In this document: piece by piece, positions 23,498 to 37,490 of the stretch
Layout: each line of letters begins with the position of its first letter
Numbering within the stretch: the first letter of the stretch is position 1
Source: Eledone cirrhosa
Taxonomy: Eukaryota
Assembly (NCBI GenBank): GCA_964016885.1
Contig: OZ024740.1
Span: 393,080,001-393,144,000 of the forward strand
Direction: 5' to 3'
DNA length: 64,000 nucleotides
Notes under the pieces: model-generated
Seen by the model: the letters and a program-made list of their open reading frames with translations, nothing else
Databases searched by the model: none
What the model was told of the DNA's origin: nothing
Made by a program: the position numbers and the translations under genes

Positions 23498-25619
23498 GTT
23501 AGTGAAATATTTTATTATTTACTTTGTGTGTGGTTCTCAGCAGAGCTGTTCTGGTAGAGAATGGGTCGTAGGTGGCAGATAATGTTATGGCCATCAGATA
23601 TGGTGATTAGTTGCAATATAAGTGGGTTCCTGCTGGATGAATAACCAACCCTAGACCAAACTGTAGTAAACTATTAGGGGAGATGGAGCGATGGGTGATA
23701 CTGTTGGTTCTCAGGAAAACTCTCACAACCTAGTAATGTAGTTATGACAAAGCAAGTAAAGGCCACCCCTAGAAATGTCTAGTCTCCACAGGTCTGAGAA
23801 AATTAACGAACTGACAGGCACAAATAAAACCACCAAAATTTGCAATATAGTTAGATTGAATATAAACAATCATACTATATCATCCTTCATGCAGAATAAC
23901 AAAGGACACGTTTGGGCCTGTTCAACAAATATATTGCAGTCTCTATTCAATGCGGAAGAGACTGGGCCTGTGACCTGTCCAGGAAGGTGGGTAGGGGAGT
24001 ATGGCTGCACAAAGGTCACATATAATGGGACCCCAAAGAAGGTCCAGAAGGAAGCAAACATTAATAATTGGCAACTGGAATGTTACAACCCTTACAAGTA
24101 AGGAGCATGAACTAGTGGAGGAGGCCAGATGTTACTAGCTAGGAATAGTTAGGGTTTCCTCAACAAAGTTCCCTGGCTCTTGTATCATAGGTTTTGATGG
24201 AGAAGGAAAATTCCACTATTCAGGTTTAATGCCAGAAAGGACTGTCAGAATATTTTATGAAATAGATCCAAATGGGAGCAAGCATTTGCCTCCTGAAGTT
24301 TCTAAAAGAGTGATGCAAGTTTATGCACTGAACAGAGAGTTCCAATACAGATCCTTGACAAAGTCACTGCAGCTCTAGATGACTGATTCATATATCCTAC
24401 TGGGAGACTTCAGTGTACATTTTGGCACCAATCACTTGACATGGAAATGAATGATTGGAAGAAATAGTGAACACGATCTAAATGCAAATGAAGAGGCCTT
24501 ATTAGACTTCTGTTCTAGCAATGGTATAAGGGAAATTGGGTAGAAGAAGAGAAGAGAGAAAAGGAGGAGACGTTAGCAGCAACGACGTTGTTATCATTAT
24601 AAATAAAAAATGGATTGGTATCGAGGAAGGTATCCAGCTATAGAAAAAAAAACTACCTCAGAAAAGTCTTATCTAACCCATTATAGCATGGAAAAGTGAA
24701 TGCAAAAACAATTATTATGACTATTATTAATTATTATTTTATTAGTAAAGACTGCAGTGGTAGAATGCTTTTCTGTATTTAATTATATCACTTTATGTTC
24801 ATAGTTCAAATCCTGTCAGATAATAGTTTTTGCCTTTCATATGTCCAGGGATAATAAACTTAATCTGTTACCCTATTTAACACTGCCACCTGGTTCTCAG
24901 TATTTATTCCAACGTTTTACATTTTGGGTTCAAATCCCATAACTTTACTTTCCATCCTACCAGGGTTGATGAAATAAAGTACCAGTAAAATACTGGGGTT
25001 GATATAATCAGCTACACCCTTCTCACTAATTTGAGGCCTTGTAACTAAGAACTCATTATTAATATCATGGTGAGCACCATAAAGCAAGAAGTAAGTCCTT
25101 GATGAGGTGAGCTGGACTTAATTTTGATCTTCTGTTGAAGCAAGTTCACTTATTGTATGCTGTTAATCCTCCCGAAGAAAGTTATGTCACAATATTCTAT
25201 TTCTTTCTTCACTCCAAAATATGCAGTTTTCATATCTAGTAGAAATGAAAACCTTATTACTGGGGCATTGAATGGCTGAATCAGTAGAGTTTCAAACAAA
25301 ATGCTTTGCAGTATTATATTTTGTTCCTTTAGGTGAATTGGCAGAGTTATTAGAGCATCAGTATTTGTTCCAGCTGTCTGAGCTCTGAGTTCAAGTTCTA
25401 TCGAAATCAACTACTATGTTTTTCATCTTTTCAGAGTCAATAAATAAAGTATCAGTTATTGAGTTAAGAATTGTTATAGCATCAGATGTGATACTTCGCA
25501 ATATTTGTTCCATGTCTTGCCTCCTCTCACCAAAAAGCAGTAATGCTTCTGTCAAGAAGATGGGTTACTTAGATGGTGAAGGGTAGAGTGTTAAGATCTA
25601 GGAGGTGTGTGGATGGGGG

Positions 25620-26150
25620 AGGGGGAGATGTTTGCTTCATGTGCATCTGAAATGGCAGGTCTTCTGCAGTACAGCATATCGCTAGAGATCCTGTGTTATC
25701 ACTTTTGAGAGGTTTAATTGGCCGATGTCAGCTTTTATCACTTCATCCCCTGCTTTCCTAGATCTTCCACTTCCATAGTTTCTTTCAACTTCAAGCGCAC
25801 TGCACCTTTTTATACAGCTGTCACCCTTCATATTCATCACATATCCATACCTCCGCAAACTTCTCTCCTGTATACTGCATCTGATCCCTCGTATACCCAG
25901 TTTCTCTCTCAGTTCATTTATGCTTCGGGTTCATGTATATTACTATTACACATCCATCGGAGCTTGCAAGCTTCGTTTCTTTCCAATCCTCATAGGCCCT
26001 CTGCACACAGTACCCAGGTCACACTTCCATGCAGCATTGCTGTTTGTATACATGCATTGTATATATTTTTCGATATATTAGCTTCCTGAATTTTCTCTAT
26101 TCCGTTCTCACTCTGGCTACTGTAGTTTCGGAACACCCACCTTCACTGGT
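25620..26150 (-). mobile_element. RTE LINE 3' fragment
   Basis: Reverse-strand match to the ERNEACMLRWMC region of the other RTE copies. Confidence 0.75.
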
Positions 26151-26947
26151 AATATTTATTAATCCTGATATATCAGGATACACTATCCACTTTCGACACA
26201 AGGACTCCCTGTGGCATATGGTGGAGTTATGAAGCTTATAAAGGTTCTCTCTGAGATTTCCAACAGATCCCTTGGAAATTGTATCTGAAATATATCAGGA
26301 TTATATTTTTTTATTTAGCTGTTTTGAATTGTGTCACCTAAATCTAAAAGCCTTCTTTGGTCATGACTGATCATGGTTGGGCACCTTGGAAATTAGTCTC
26401 CAAGGTATAAGCCTCAGCAAGGTGTTTTTTGTCACCCTTGATTACCAGTAGGCAGGCATAATAGGCCATTGCCCTAGAGCCCACAAGTACCTGGGGGCCC
26501 ACTGAAACTAATTTGTCACATAGTATCCAATATATATATATATATATATAAGTTGGCTACTGAAACATGCCAACATTTTCATAAATTTGAGGGCTCACTG
26601 AGTTTGGCTAGGGCCCACAAGTAAGTAAATCCCACCCTGCTTACCAGTCTTCCCTCTCCATGCAGTTGGTATTCTCCAAGGTTTAAAGGCAAAAACCAAT
26701 ACAGTTTGGTACCAGTGTCAATGCAACTCATTTTTCTTCCATCTGAGTGGACAGAAACAAAGTGTCTTGCTTAAGGACACAATACACTAACCAGTCCAGG
26801 AATCAAACTCATGACCTTACAGCTGTAAACTGAAAACCCTAGCCACTTAGCCATGCACCTTCACTTGAAGTGATTATATATTTGGTTTCTCTTATATTAT
26901 TTACATATCTATCCTTTTTATATTATACTATCATTTATGTGTTATAG

Positions 26948-27203
26948 GAGTAACTGGGAAATTCTTCTCCAATTGTGAAGATAAACAGTCATCTATGGAA
27001 TCTATGGATAGAACATTGAGAACTGAATTGTGGGATGCCAGTGTGCTTTATTGCTATTTAGAAGGTAAAGTTCCACCTCCACCAGTAGGACTAAAGTTTT
27101 CTGATGAACTTCCTGTCAAAATCTCAGTAACCCCTTCTCCTGATGAAGAATTGCCAAATACAGAAATTGAAAGCCCTGCAAAAAATCATTCTAAGCTGGA
27201 GGC

Positions 27204-27207
<4 letters not shown>
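26948..27207 (+). CDS. Retinol dehydrogenase-like SDR, coding exon 6 (terminal)
   Basis: tatAG acceptor; (G)VTGKFFSNCEDKQSSMESMDRTLRTELWDAS matches the typical SDR C-terminus; TAA at 27205-27207; the six exons sum to 1068 nt = 355 aa + stop. Confidence 0.88.
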
Positions 27208-27240
<33 letters not shown>

Positions 27241-27502
27241 AGCAACATGGTTGTAATTTATGATGCCTCAAAAATAAAGAACAAACAAGAAAAAAGTGAT
27301 AAATTTGCACAGTTTGATATATAACATGTTATTGTATAAATTTTGCAAGTTTGATTTTGTTTACTGTTATGTTACAGAAAGTAATTCTTTGTTACTGTAT
27401 ATAATATTTAAAAAAAATTATATTTCATATTACAAGCATCAAGACATTTCTTTTACTGCACAGACTTTGTGGATTTCTTTTGTTTACTTAATGGCGATGA
27501 AT

Positions 27503-28290
27503 TAGTTTTGCAAGGTTTTTGATATGAAATCGTGTGTTGAAACAAATATTGTTATACTTGGGGAGGGTCATATTTGTGTAATAATATTGCCAGAATTAAT
27601 AACAGAACACACTCACTGTTTGGTTGGTTTTCGCTTCTGTGTCTTTTATATCAGTTAATTTAATTTATCTGGTCCTCAATGTTACCATTGACTGACCAAC
27701 GGTCAAAAATACAGATACAATATAGACACAAACACATATATATAGTCTAACAAAGTTCTTTCGTTGCACATCTGCAACATCGTCAGTGGTGCTATTATGT
27801 TTCCTCCCGTTATATTGTATGCCTACGCCATCTTTATTTAGTCTGTTTATTTATTTATTTATTTATTTTTTTTTTTTGTCTTCTCTGCGCATTGAGTTTG
27901 TGTATAGTGTTTTGTTTGATGTGTCTTCGTGTTTGGGTGACTGTTTATTGGTTATTGTATTCTATCTTAGTTTACTAGTGTGTGTTTATATGTGTTTGTT
28001 GTTATTGTGCTTGTGTATGTATTTATTTATTTATTTATACTTCTCTTAGGTCAGTGTTGTTTGTTTAGGTGTTGTTGTTATTCCATTCATTTTTTTTGTT
28101 TACTTTATTTCTGGAAAAAGGACTCATACTTCCTTTCAATCATATTTTGGGGGGTGGCGATAGCTTCAATCGGAAGTAAGGAGTTCTGAGTTTATTGCTT
28201 TAGAGTTTTGCTAAATTAGTTTTTGAGAGATTGTTTTGATTACTGACACCTCATTAAGGTGAGCCGCTAGTGATGACAAAAAGTTCATTG
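27503..28290 (-). mobile_element. Penelope-like element remnant
   Basis: Same terminus as 39818-39900 and 31953-32055; hammerhead motif at 27749-27790; decayed ...NKKNEWN C-terminus. Confidence 0.6.
27749..27790 (-). ncRNA. Minimal type I hammerhead ribozyme motif
   Basis: acca-CTGACGA-t-GTTGCA-gatg-TGCAAC-GAAA-gaac-TT-tgtt; perfect 6-bp stem II, weak stem I. Confidence 0.6.
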
Positions 28291-28521
28291 TCAGCAGCCC
28301 CTAAGGTGTGAGGTTCCGTCAATTGTCGCACTTGATGATGAATTGCCCCCCCCCCCCCCCCCTCTTTTTTTCTTTCCTTTATCATTACTGTTCAATGAAT
28401 TATATTATATTTTTTTTATGCACCTTGATAAAATGAATTATATTAAATTTTAGCCAGCTGTTGCCTAGATCCATCTTCTGCAATATTTCTAAGACAGTAA
28501 GCTTAATTTTGGTGGTAGACT

Positions 28522-29234
28522 TACCATAAATACTCGAATGTGACCAAAAAATCGATGCTAAAATAGGGGGTTGGCTTATATTTGATTTTCACCAACTTCA
28601 AATTCTATGTAAATAATGTGTTAAAATATCTGGAGTGATTATTTTACAATGAAACACTGTTTTACTGCATTTTCTACATTGTTGTTGGTGCATTCTCTTG
28701 AAAATGTTTCCAACAATTTTTTATAATTTAAACTTTTTAATACATAAATATCATATACATACATTTACACACATGCACACACACATATATGTGTTTCTCT
28801 GACAAAATGTTTTCTTTCAATCTTTTTAATTGATTTTATTGCTCTGCCTCTCCATACTCTTATTTGCTGTCTCTCCCTCTCTCTTCTACTCTATAATCCC
28901 TATATAAAGTTCTCTTTTTCGATCTTTTGCTTTCAAAGTATGTGAGTGACCAGAAGTAAACAAACATTTGAGAAACTTGTTGAAACTTAACATGATGGAA
29001 ACTGATTATGTAATGGAGTTGTGAAACAAAAACTATATTCTAAACAACACTTAAAACATTTAAACATCAAAATATTATAACTTCATAAATATATTTTATA
29101 CTCATGAAAATTTCAAAACCACGCTATTTAAACAATGTATTGATTAGCTGCCTTTGGCTTATAAATGGGGTTTGGATTTTTGCCCATTTCTCAAACAAAA
29201 TATGGGGTCGGCTTATATTTGAGTATATATGGTA
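28522..29234. mobile_element. Tc1/mariner-pogo (Tigger-like) non-autonomous DNA transposon
   Basis: Terminal inverted repeats TACCATAAATACTCGAAT / ATTTGAGTATATATGGTA and repeated subterminal GGGGTYGGCTTATATTTGA. Confidence 0.6.
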
Positions 29235-30854
29235 ATCTATTAGCCAATTTCCCACCATCACCTAATTTCATACCATCACCTATCTCTTGGGTGCTTTTAG
29301 TGGAGTTCATTCTGTTAGCAGCATCTAGACTAGGTGTCTGGTCTGAGTATACTAAGATCTTACTCCTTTTTTTCCCCACTGGTTTCTGAGGCCCTTCAAA
29401 AAAGGTCCTGGGCACTGCCCTTTTTCCTCCAACTAAGCTATTAAAAAAATCTTTTTAGCAATTCTATCACTACCATAATGATCTCTGTACTAAAGTTTTA
29501 AACTTGTTGATACTTTTGAAACTCTATTCAACATAAATTTTCATCTCATTCATAGAAATATGAGAATGAAAATACCTTGTAACTCTCTAGACTGTTGGGG
29601 CTCTGCTGAAAATGTCATCTCAATGTAACATATTCTGGCAAAGACCTTGTCTGTCCAAACCATTAACTTCATATAACTTAACTTACAACAATGAAACACA
29701 CTTGAAGTGTCACGTATCCAGATGGGAATCAAAATGAGGTCATATTGTCAATTGCCAGCTTAATACATCTTTATGCTGTGTGCATTTCAAATTGTAGGAA
29801 TACCACTAAACAACTAGGAAGTTTTTTACATTTTTTGTAGTCACTACTTGTTCATGTATTCTCACCAATTAGTTAATCATTAGTAACTGAAACCAAAATA
29901 TCAGCTGCACCACTGAAATCCACCTTCGAATTTGTTTGCCTTAAGTAAAAAATGTTAGTCTTTAAGGTCAATCTATCATTATCATAAAAACCAAATAGCT
30001 GAAAACAAAAGGATTGGAAATTTCCATTGTCTTTCTTTGCAATATTATTAAACTGTGTTCATAAAAATTTATTTTCTACTTACCAAATCAAAGAGAAGAA
30101 AGAAAATCCTTTAAACCAAAAGATCAAAGAAAACCTAAAAATGTATATGTAGACATTTACATGATAATGATCAGAATCATCATAATTACATCTATGTACA
30201 GAACTTTTTGAGAACTTATTTTTACAAACTTTACATAATTTTCCTCCTATATGCTATAATGCCCAGCATTGTTTCTGAATGTTTTTAAAATTATATATTA
30301 TTTTTGTATTCTATGTAAGTATTGCTACTATTTTTTGTATTTCTTTTGTGATAAATTTCTTGTTTATAAACAAACAATTTAATTACTAGAACTTTCTAAA
30401 GTAACTCACAATTCTGTTAAGCTTTCACTGGAAATGAAAAAAACTGACTGCTTTAGATTTTCATCAGTTTATTGAATAATTACATTGTGATAGAAATCTA
30501 AGTATTTATCATTAACTAGTGGAATATATCTGTGAGTCTAAGGAATTAACTACAGTATTTTTCTTCTGTTCATCAAGAGGGAAAAAAATTAATTTTTAAA
30601 ACATTGTATTGAACCCTTATGAGCAGGGAAAGTGGACATGAAATGTGTTACTGTTGTTGGCTTGAAATATCTTTGTATTAAGTGAAGAACAGATACCATA
30701 AAATGAAATTACTGGTTTAGTAGATTCACATTTGATCAAATTCTTAAGATACCACATTACTGACAAAGGGGCTGAACATTCATAACACACATCTGGTACT
30801 GCTCTTTATCTATAGCTAAGATATTTATCTTTCACTGGCTCTACCTACTTAGCT

Positions 30855-31081
30855 TTAACCCTTTAGCATTTACGTTACTCTATATTTAATATTGTATTTT
30901 TGCAGCAAAGGCTTCACCTCACATAATTATCTCACATAATATTAAATATATGAGATTTTGATATTATTTATTTTGAGAACAATACCTTAACATTGGTATG
31001 AGTGGCTGGTTACAGCCAGTTTGAACAGGAAAAAGGCAAGAATTCTGGCTGGATACAACCGGTTAAATGCTAAAGGGTTAA
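30855..31081. mobile_element. piggyBac-like MITE
   Basis: TTAA-CCCTTTAGCATTTA ... TAAATGCTAAAGGG-TTAA; homologous copies at 33869-34082 and 55044-55272. Confidence 0.75.
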
Positions 31082-31868
31082 AGAGGCACCAGATTTACAA
31101 CTCTTTGTTATAATTATTATAACAACTGATATTATTAGATGTGTATTTTTGAAAAACCAGCCTTATTACTTAAGTGAACCAAACACATACATTAACAGTG
31201 TATGTGTTATACCATAATGTATATTTTACATTGTGTTTACAGCATATAAGTTACATTTTTAAGCTTCAAGAACTTTTTCAAAACTACGGGTCAGCTTACA
31301 TGCCAGATATAAAATGAAAACTTTTATTGCAGGATGGTAAACAAATAGAATAGCTAGCCTAAAACTCATCGTGCAATATTTAACATAACTCCGTCAAGAA
31401 GTAGTATATTGTTTTGAACATATTTATCAAAGATTTCAATAAAATAAATAAAAGACCACTAAATCTTGTTGTTTTCAATAGTTTATCTGCTATGAACACC
31501 AATTGATATTACAATCAATTGAATTCACATAATAACTATTTTATACTTTACAGATATCACATATATACCCAACATTTAGTTAGTGGAAACAACTTGCATG
31601 TTTTGTATGTGGTTAGTGTAATTCAGTATTTCAGGTCTGTGTTGAAGAAAGAAACAATTTAGCCAGAAATATTGTTCTTGAATGCTTTAGTTTTTACCAA
31701 TTGGCACATTAAAATTAAATAAAAAAACAAACAAACAAACAAACAAACAAACAACTTTTGATTACACTGGAGGGCAGGTCTTCATTGGCAACATGTCACC
31801 AATTATCATAGTTCTTGGTCATTTCTTAGTGATATTTTCAGTATATTGAAGTCTGTTGACATATATAT

Positions 31869-32048
31869 ATATTGTTATATTTGGGGAGGGTCATATTGTT
31901 ATAATATTGCCAGAAATAATAATAAAACACACTCACTGTTTGGTTTATCTCGTTATTATTATTTCTGGCAATATTATAACAATATGACCCTCCCCAAATA
32001 TAACAATATTTGTTTCAACACACGATTTCATATAAAAAAAACTTGCAA

Positions 32049-32055
<7 letters not shown>
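31869..32055 (+). mobile_element. Very short Penelope-like end with inverted copy (57-bp perfect hairpin)
   Basis: 31869-31925 is the reverse complement of 31953-32009; same terminal sequence as 39818-40784; flanked by (TA)n. Confidence 0.65.
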
Positions 32056-32085
<30 letters not shown>

Positions 32086-32089
32086 CTAT

Positions 32090-32715
32090 AGCTGTACAGG
32101 GGTAACTGATAGTAAGAGGGTCAGAGATACAAACCTTTTCCAATGAAGAATCCATAGAAATGGTTGATTGCTTCTAGGTGATCTAGTTAACAGTGGATAG
32201 GGGTGCTCAAAGAGCATGGTAGATAGAATAAGAATGGGACGGAAGAAGTTCAGGATGTTACTCTCTCTGATGACAACAAAACAAAGTGATGGCTGTATGA
32301 TGCCTGTGTGCGAAATGCGATGTTGCATAGTAGTGAAACATGGGCAGTGAATACAGAAGATATTTGTAGGCTGGAGATAAATGAAGCATGATTAAATGGA
32401 TGTATAATATTAATGTGGGAAAATGCCAGAACTTGGATGAACTGAGAGAAAAACTGGGTATAAGAGGAATCAGAAGTAATGTGCAAGTAAGAAGACTGCT
32501 GGTATGTACATGTGATGTGCATGGATGATAATTGCTGGATGAAGAAGAGCCAAAAAATCCCAATGGAATGAAGCCATGGTAGAGGAAGACTTTGGGAGAA
32601 GGTGGTGAGAAATGACCTCAAATTACTGAAATTCACAGACGGAATGCAATGAATGTAGAGATACTGTGCTGTTCAACCCATGCAAGCATGGAAAAGCGGG
32701 TGTAAAAGTGATGTA
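32090..32715 (+). mobile_element. Degenerate RTE LINE 3' fragment
   Basis: Homology to the GWKKFR..LYDAC..SETWA region and the RTE 3' end. Confidence 0.72.
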
Positions 32716-33868
32716 TTATATAGAATAACTTTGGTCATTGGCTTTCAAGAAATGTTTTTAATCATAGGTGGACTGGATCAGGATAGTGTATGTGTTAAAT
32801 ATACTCTTCAAGAAGGAACCTCTGTTTGGCTACTTGTTCTGCTTGAAATAACTGTCAAATCAACAAAGAAAATAAGTCTAAATATCTCCTTTTCCACATT
32901 AATACTATTGCAGTGACTTTGTGTGTAAACGGGTTTCTAATTAGTGACAATATATAGGTGGGTGTTTCAATCTGTTAAAAATTACTAGCGGAATTGTATT
33001 TCACTCACTTTTAGCGATAAAAAATAAGTGAAATGCTTTGGTAACGCCCCTTAGTGCAAATCCTAGGTAAGATTGAATCCCACCCAATATATTTCTTTAA
33101 AACTATCTCTAAAGTTCTCTTCACAATCATTGTACAGCACCTTGGCCAAATGTCTTCTACCATAACTTTGGGTTATTCTAAGAGTAGGATTTGATAGATG
33201 GAAAATGTACAGAAGCCTATCATGTATTAGTATATCTTTCAACAATGTATACCAATGAAGGGTGTAACCATCAGTAAAAAAACTGAACAGCTGGTGTTCT
33301 TTGAACAAAGTTCCCAGAAATATTTGTTCCACACCAAGTTACAAGCACTCCCACCATCAGAAACTTAGTGAACTAATGTTTGGTCTATTGGAAATGTGTA
33401 ACTAATGGTGCTATTTTTTGCCAATTGTAATAGAAAAATTTGTTTAAATGGCTTACATTAAGAAATTAAAGTACAAATATTACTCACCATCCCTCTCTTC
33501 CTGGTATTTTTTCAGTTATAGTATTATTTCATAATACTATAAACCAACAAAGGACTTACTTCCCTTGACTCCATTGCTGGCTTCTTACTCCATACAACAA
33601 TTTGTAAATGTACTCTAGCTTTATCCATCCATTCATTGATATAGACAAAACAACAAAACACACCTGGACTTCTTCATTCCACTGACATGTTTATGAAAAC
33701 TTGTAATTTTATTTTAAAAGTTTGTAGGACATTTTAAGTATGATGTAGCACTGCCAATTTCTGCCTCATAAAACATGAACTTAGCTTTGTTGATTGCTAC
33801 TTTAAAAATCTATGGTTTCACCCGAGTCTTGAGTCAGCTACAACTGAGATTGGATGCTAACAAGAGCA

Positions 33869-34082
33869 TTAACCCTTTAGCATTTAAACCGACCATATCT
33901 GACCAGAATTATCTCACCATTTTCTGTTCAAACTGACTGTAACCAGCCACTCATACTGATGTTAGGGTATTGTTCTCAAAATAAATAATATCAAAATCTC
34001 AGATTTGATATTATGTGAGATAAAACTTTTATAATGAAAATACAATAGTAAATATAGAGTAATGTAAATACTTAAGGGTTAA
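33869..34082. mobile_element. piggyBac-like MITE copy
   Basis: TTAA-CCCTTTAGCATTTA ... AAGGG-TTAA; reverse orientation of 30855-31081. Confidence 0.7.
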
Positions 34083-34730
34083 ACATATAGGTGATTTAGT
34101 AAATTGACTTGTTGGCCTGTTTGTGGTGGAGAGAATTGATTAGCAATTGATAATTGTTTCACTCCTGGTTGTATATTGTTGGTATACTGTACACTGCTAA
34201 ATTGTTTACATCACTGTTGCAAATGTCAGCTGGTATGCAAGGCATACTTTAGTGCTTGACTATAATTAAACATCATATATAATGGTATAATAGTGATATG
34301 CTATGTAAACAATTTAATGTAGATGTTGATTTGTGGATTAAAGGTGCTTACTGATAGACCTCTATTACAGAACTCTTTGTTACAGCAAGGTGTTGAAGAT
34401 TTTTGAGGTTACTTCACCTCTTTCACACAGTAAATACTATTGTTCAACACAATTTTTGTAACATAAGCAACTATATAACATATAGGACACTAGTGGTAGC
34501 AATTGGAGTAATGTTACTTGATAGAGTGCATAGCTCGGCGATTGGAGTGTCACTCCAGGTAGAGCTGCTACTTCTCCAAAGTGAGAAATCACAGCTCTGA
34601 TACTATGGGCATGTGGTTAGAATGTCTCAGGAAAGAATTGCTAGACAGATTTTACAGGCAAAACCAACTGGCAGGAGACCCAGGGGTAGAATTGGTGCCG
34701 AAGCCTGTCATGTAATATATATATGCAATG

Positions 34731-35065
34731 GCACATGGCTTAGTGGTTAGAGCATTGGCCTTGCAATCAAAAGGTTGTGAGTTCAATTCTCAGACCGGGT
34801 CACGTGTTGTTTTCTTGAGAAAGACACTTTATTTCACATTGCTCCAGTTTACTCAGCTGTAGAAATGAGATGATAGGGACTGGGGTCCCTATCATTCCAC
34901 TGGTAAGTGGACGTGCAGGTGCCACGGCAAAAAAGCACCCAGCACTCACTGTAAAGGAGGTTGGTGTTAGGAAGGGCATCCAGCTGTAGAAATCAAGCCA
35001 GAATCAGTTTCCGTCCCACCCTTGCAAGCAGGGAAAAGCGGACGTAAAAATGATGATGATGATGA
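34731..35065 (+). mobile_element. tRNA-derived SINE (family B) with RTE-derived 3' tail
   Basis: A-box TGGCTTAGTGG, B-box GAGTTCAATTC, CTTGAG-AAGACACTT core, then sequence matching the RTE 3' UTR and (GAT)n. Confidence 0.75.
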
Positions 35066-35099
35066 ATGGCATTCGATTGGTTGTGAAAAATGTATCTAC

Positions 35100-35400
35100 A
35101 CAGTCTTCAAGCCACCATTTCAACAGGGTGCAGTAAGAGAGAGGGTGTGTTTGTCCCAAGAATTCCTCAAATTCCCACTGATGTTCCATTTGAATTCAAA
35201 GGACTTCAATTTCCAGTAAGTCTTAGTTCTGCCAAGACCATCAACAAATCAATGGAAAACGTTTTCCGTTGCTGGTTTACAGCTTGAAGAGCTCTGCTTC
35301 ACCTTTGGTCAACTTTATGTTGGATGTTCAAGTGTAGGAAGTAAGAAAAATCTTTAGATCTATGTACCAAATGGAAAAACATTGTTTATCAAGAAGTGAT
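35100..35400 (+). mobile_element. Helitron PIF1-helicase C-terminal fragment
   Basis: VFVPRIPQIPTDVPFEFKGLQFPVSLSSAKTINKS followed by CF..GQLYVGCS, matching the Helitron RepHel motifs FKRLQFPV..FAMTINKSQG and HGQLYVA. Confidence 0.8.
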
Positions 35401-37059
35401 AAATTACCCCCAAGAATGTAGAAATCTGTCCTGATCACGAGGCCTATCGATCAAAGAAGACCTTACTGAAGAAAGAAAAGAAAACTCCTTTCATGTATAA
35501 ATCTGGATACTTGCACTCCTAATAAATCAAATTTACCTTGATATTTGTTTTTTTCTTAATTAGCTTTATTTTTGTCATGTTCTTCTTACCTAACCCATCA
35601 GTTAAACAAATTAAAGTCAGTTTTAATGAAATCCCCGCCCCAAAAAGTAACATGGGTTTGCACCTAAAAATTCCCTCTCAAGGTGTAAGCCTGGGTAGGT
35701 TGCTTTGTGGAAGACTAGCTGTTATCCATGCATGCCAGCACCCTTCTCCATGTCACTAATGTTATCCAAAGACTGATACAATTTGGCATCAGTGACATCA
35801 AAACACATTTGTCCAGTTGAGTGGACTGGAGCAACATGAAATAGTGTCATGTTCAGGAATCAAACTCATGAGCTGTATGTCTGAATATACATGTGTGTGT
35901 TGATGTTTACTGTTAGTTTATGTCCAGTAACTTAGTGTTTCAACAAAATGATATCAATAAAATAATTATCTGACTTGAAAAGAAAATATGATTGATTAAA
36001 TTATGGCCAAACTTAATGATTGAAAGCAGTAAAATAAAGAATACATCACAGTATATGTTTTATATACAAAAAGATAAACAATATTCTTGTCATATTTAAC
36101 TCCTGCTAATTTTATCTTTCTGAGTGGGTTTGTTCATCTTGTAAAACAAAGAAACCATAACAATTTTTTTTTTATTTTCAAATATAAATTTATTCATTTA
36201 TTGATACATTGCAATAAAATATCAAGAACCACATTATTTTGCATGTTTACTTACATTCACAATTGGAATTATAATCATTGAAATTTTTGTAACAAAACTG
36301 AGGACCAAGTACATTTTATAATTTTTAGAATGTACAGAACCACATTCAAATCCATAAAAATAAAATTTATAAAATAAGGTAAAAATAAAACCAAAATACT
36401 GTCCAATAATTCACGAAAGTTAATTAATTTCTTCAAATTGGAAAATATGTTATCATTGCTAATATAAACAATGGCTCTTATAAAAAAAAATAGGTTAAAA
36501 TAGTGTGCCTTTACACAATGCCTAAAATATTTAATTTTTCTCCTCCCATACCTTATGTTATATTTTTTCTTCTCTGAATTATCTCCTGTTGATGTTGATC
36601 ACTGATAGCAGCTTTAAAATCTAATTATTATATTCTATTTATACGAATGGGAATTGTTGAATTTGAGATTTGTTAGAATTGGATATATAATTCTTACCTA
36701 TTGGTTGCCATTTATATATATCTGGCAATTTATTATTGGCTGAGGCAATATTCACATGACTGGCTTTATCAAGTGCATACATGTTGTGTCTGAGTAGAAT
36801 CCACTCTATCAAAACACCTCAAGAATTTATAACAAGATTTCCAATTAGTGATATTTTTAAAATATAGGATCAATACCTAAGGAGAATGTTGAAATTGAAT
36901 GATGTGACATTCATTCCTCATAGTGAAAGTGAAGTGAAATAGCTATAACCAGTAAACCACAGTTTCACTCTGGTGTTTGTCTTACAGATATTTGTGGTTC
37001 AGATTATTTCATTTAAAATAGAATTTTATTATATCAAAACAGCACTAATTCAAAATAAT

Positions 37060-37490
37060 AGTTTCTGATTTAGGCACAAGGCCAGCAATTTTGGGCGATG
37101 GAGAAAGTCAATTAAATCGACCCCAGTGCGTGACTGGTACTTTATTTTATTAACCCCGTAAGGATGAAAGGCAAAGTTAATCTCGGCAGGATTTGAACTC
37201 AGAACGTAAAGGGCTATAACTCTATGCCGTGAAGCTGTGTGTCTGACGTTCTACCAATACTGTCAATTCGCTGCCCTCTAATTCAAAATAATTGTTTCTA
37301 CTTTTGGCACAAGGCCAGCAATTAACCCAGTGCATTACTGGTACTTTATTTTATCGACCCCGTAAGGATGAAAGGCTAAGTTAACCGCGGCAGGATTTGA
37401 ACTCGGAACGTAAAGGGCCATAACTCTATGCTGTGAAGCAGGGTGTCTGACGTTCTACCAATACTGTCAATTCGCTGCCCTCTAATTCAA
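37060..37490 (-). mobile_element. Two tandem SINE family A copies
   Basis: Direct repeat 37060-37278 and 37290-37482 with flanking CTAATTCAAAATAAT present three times (TSD-like). Confidence 0.75.

Noticed and set aside
27100-27150. Two CTGATGA heptamers
   Set aside because: Inside the SDR coding exon, with no stem II or GAAA arrangement
34731-34800. tRNA-like sequences with A/B boxes (also 39560, 41900, 53330)
   Set aside because: No complete cloverleaf; they continue into SINE bodies
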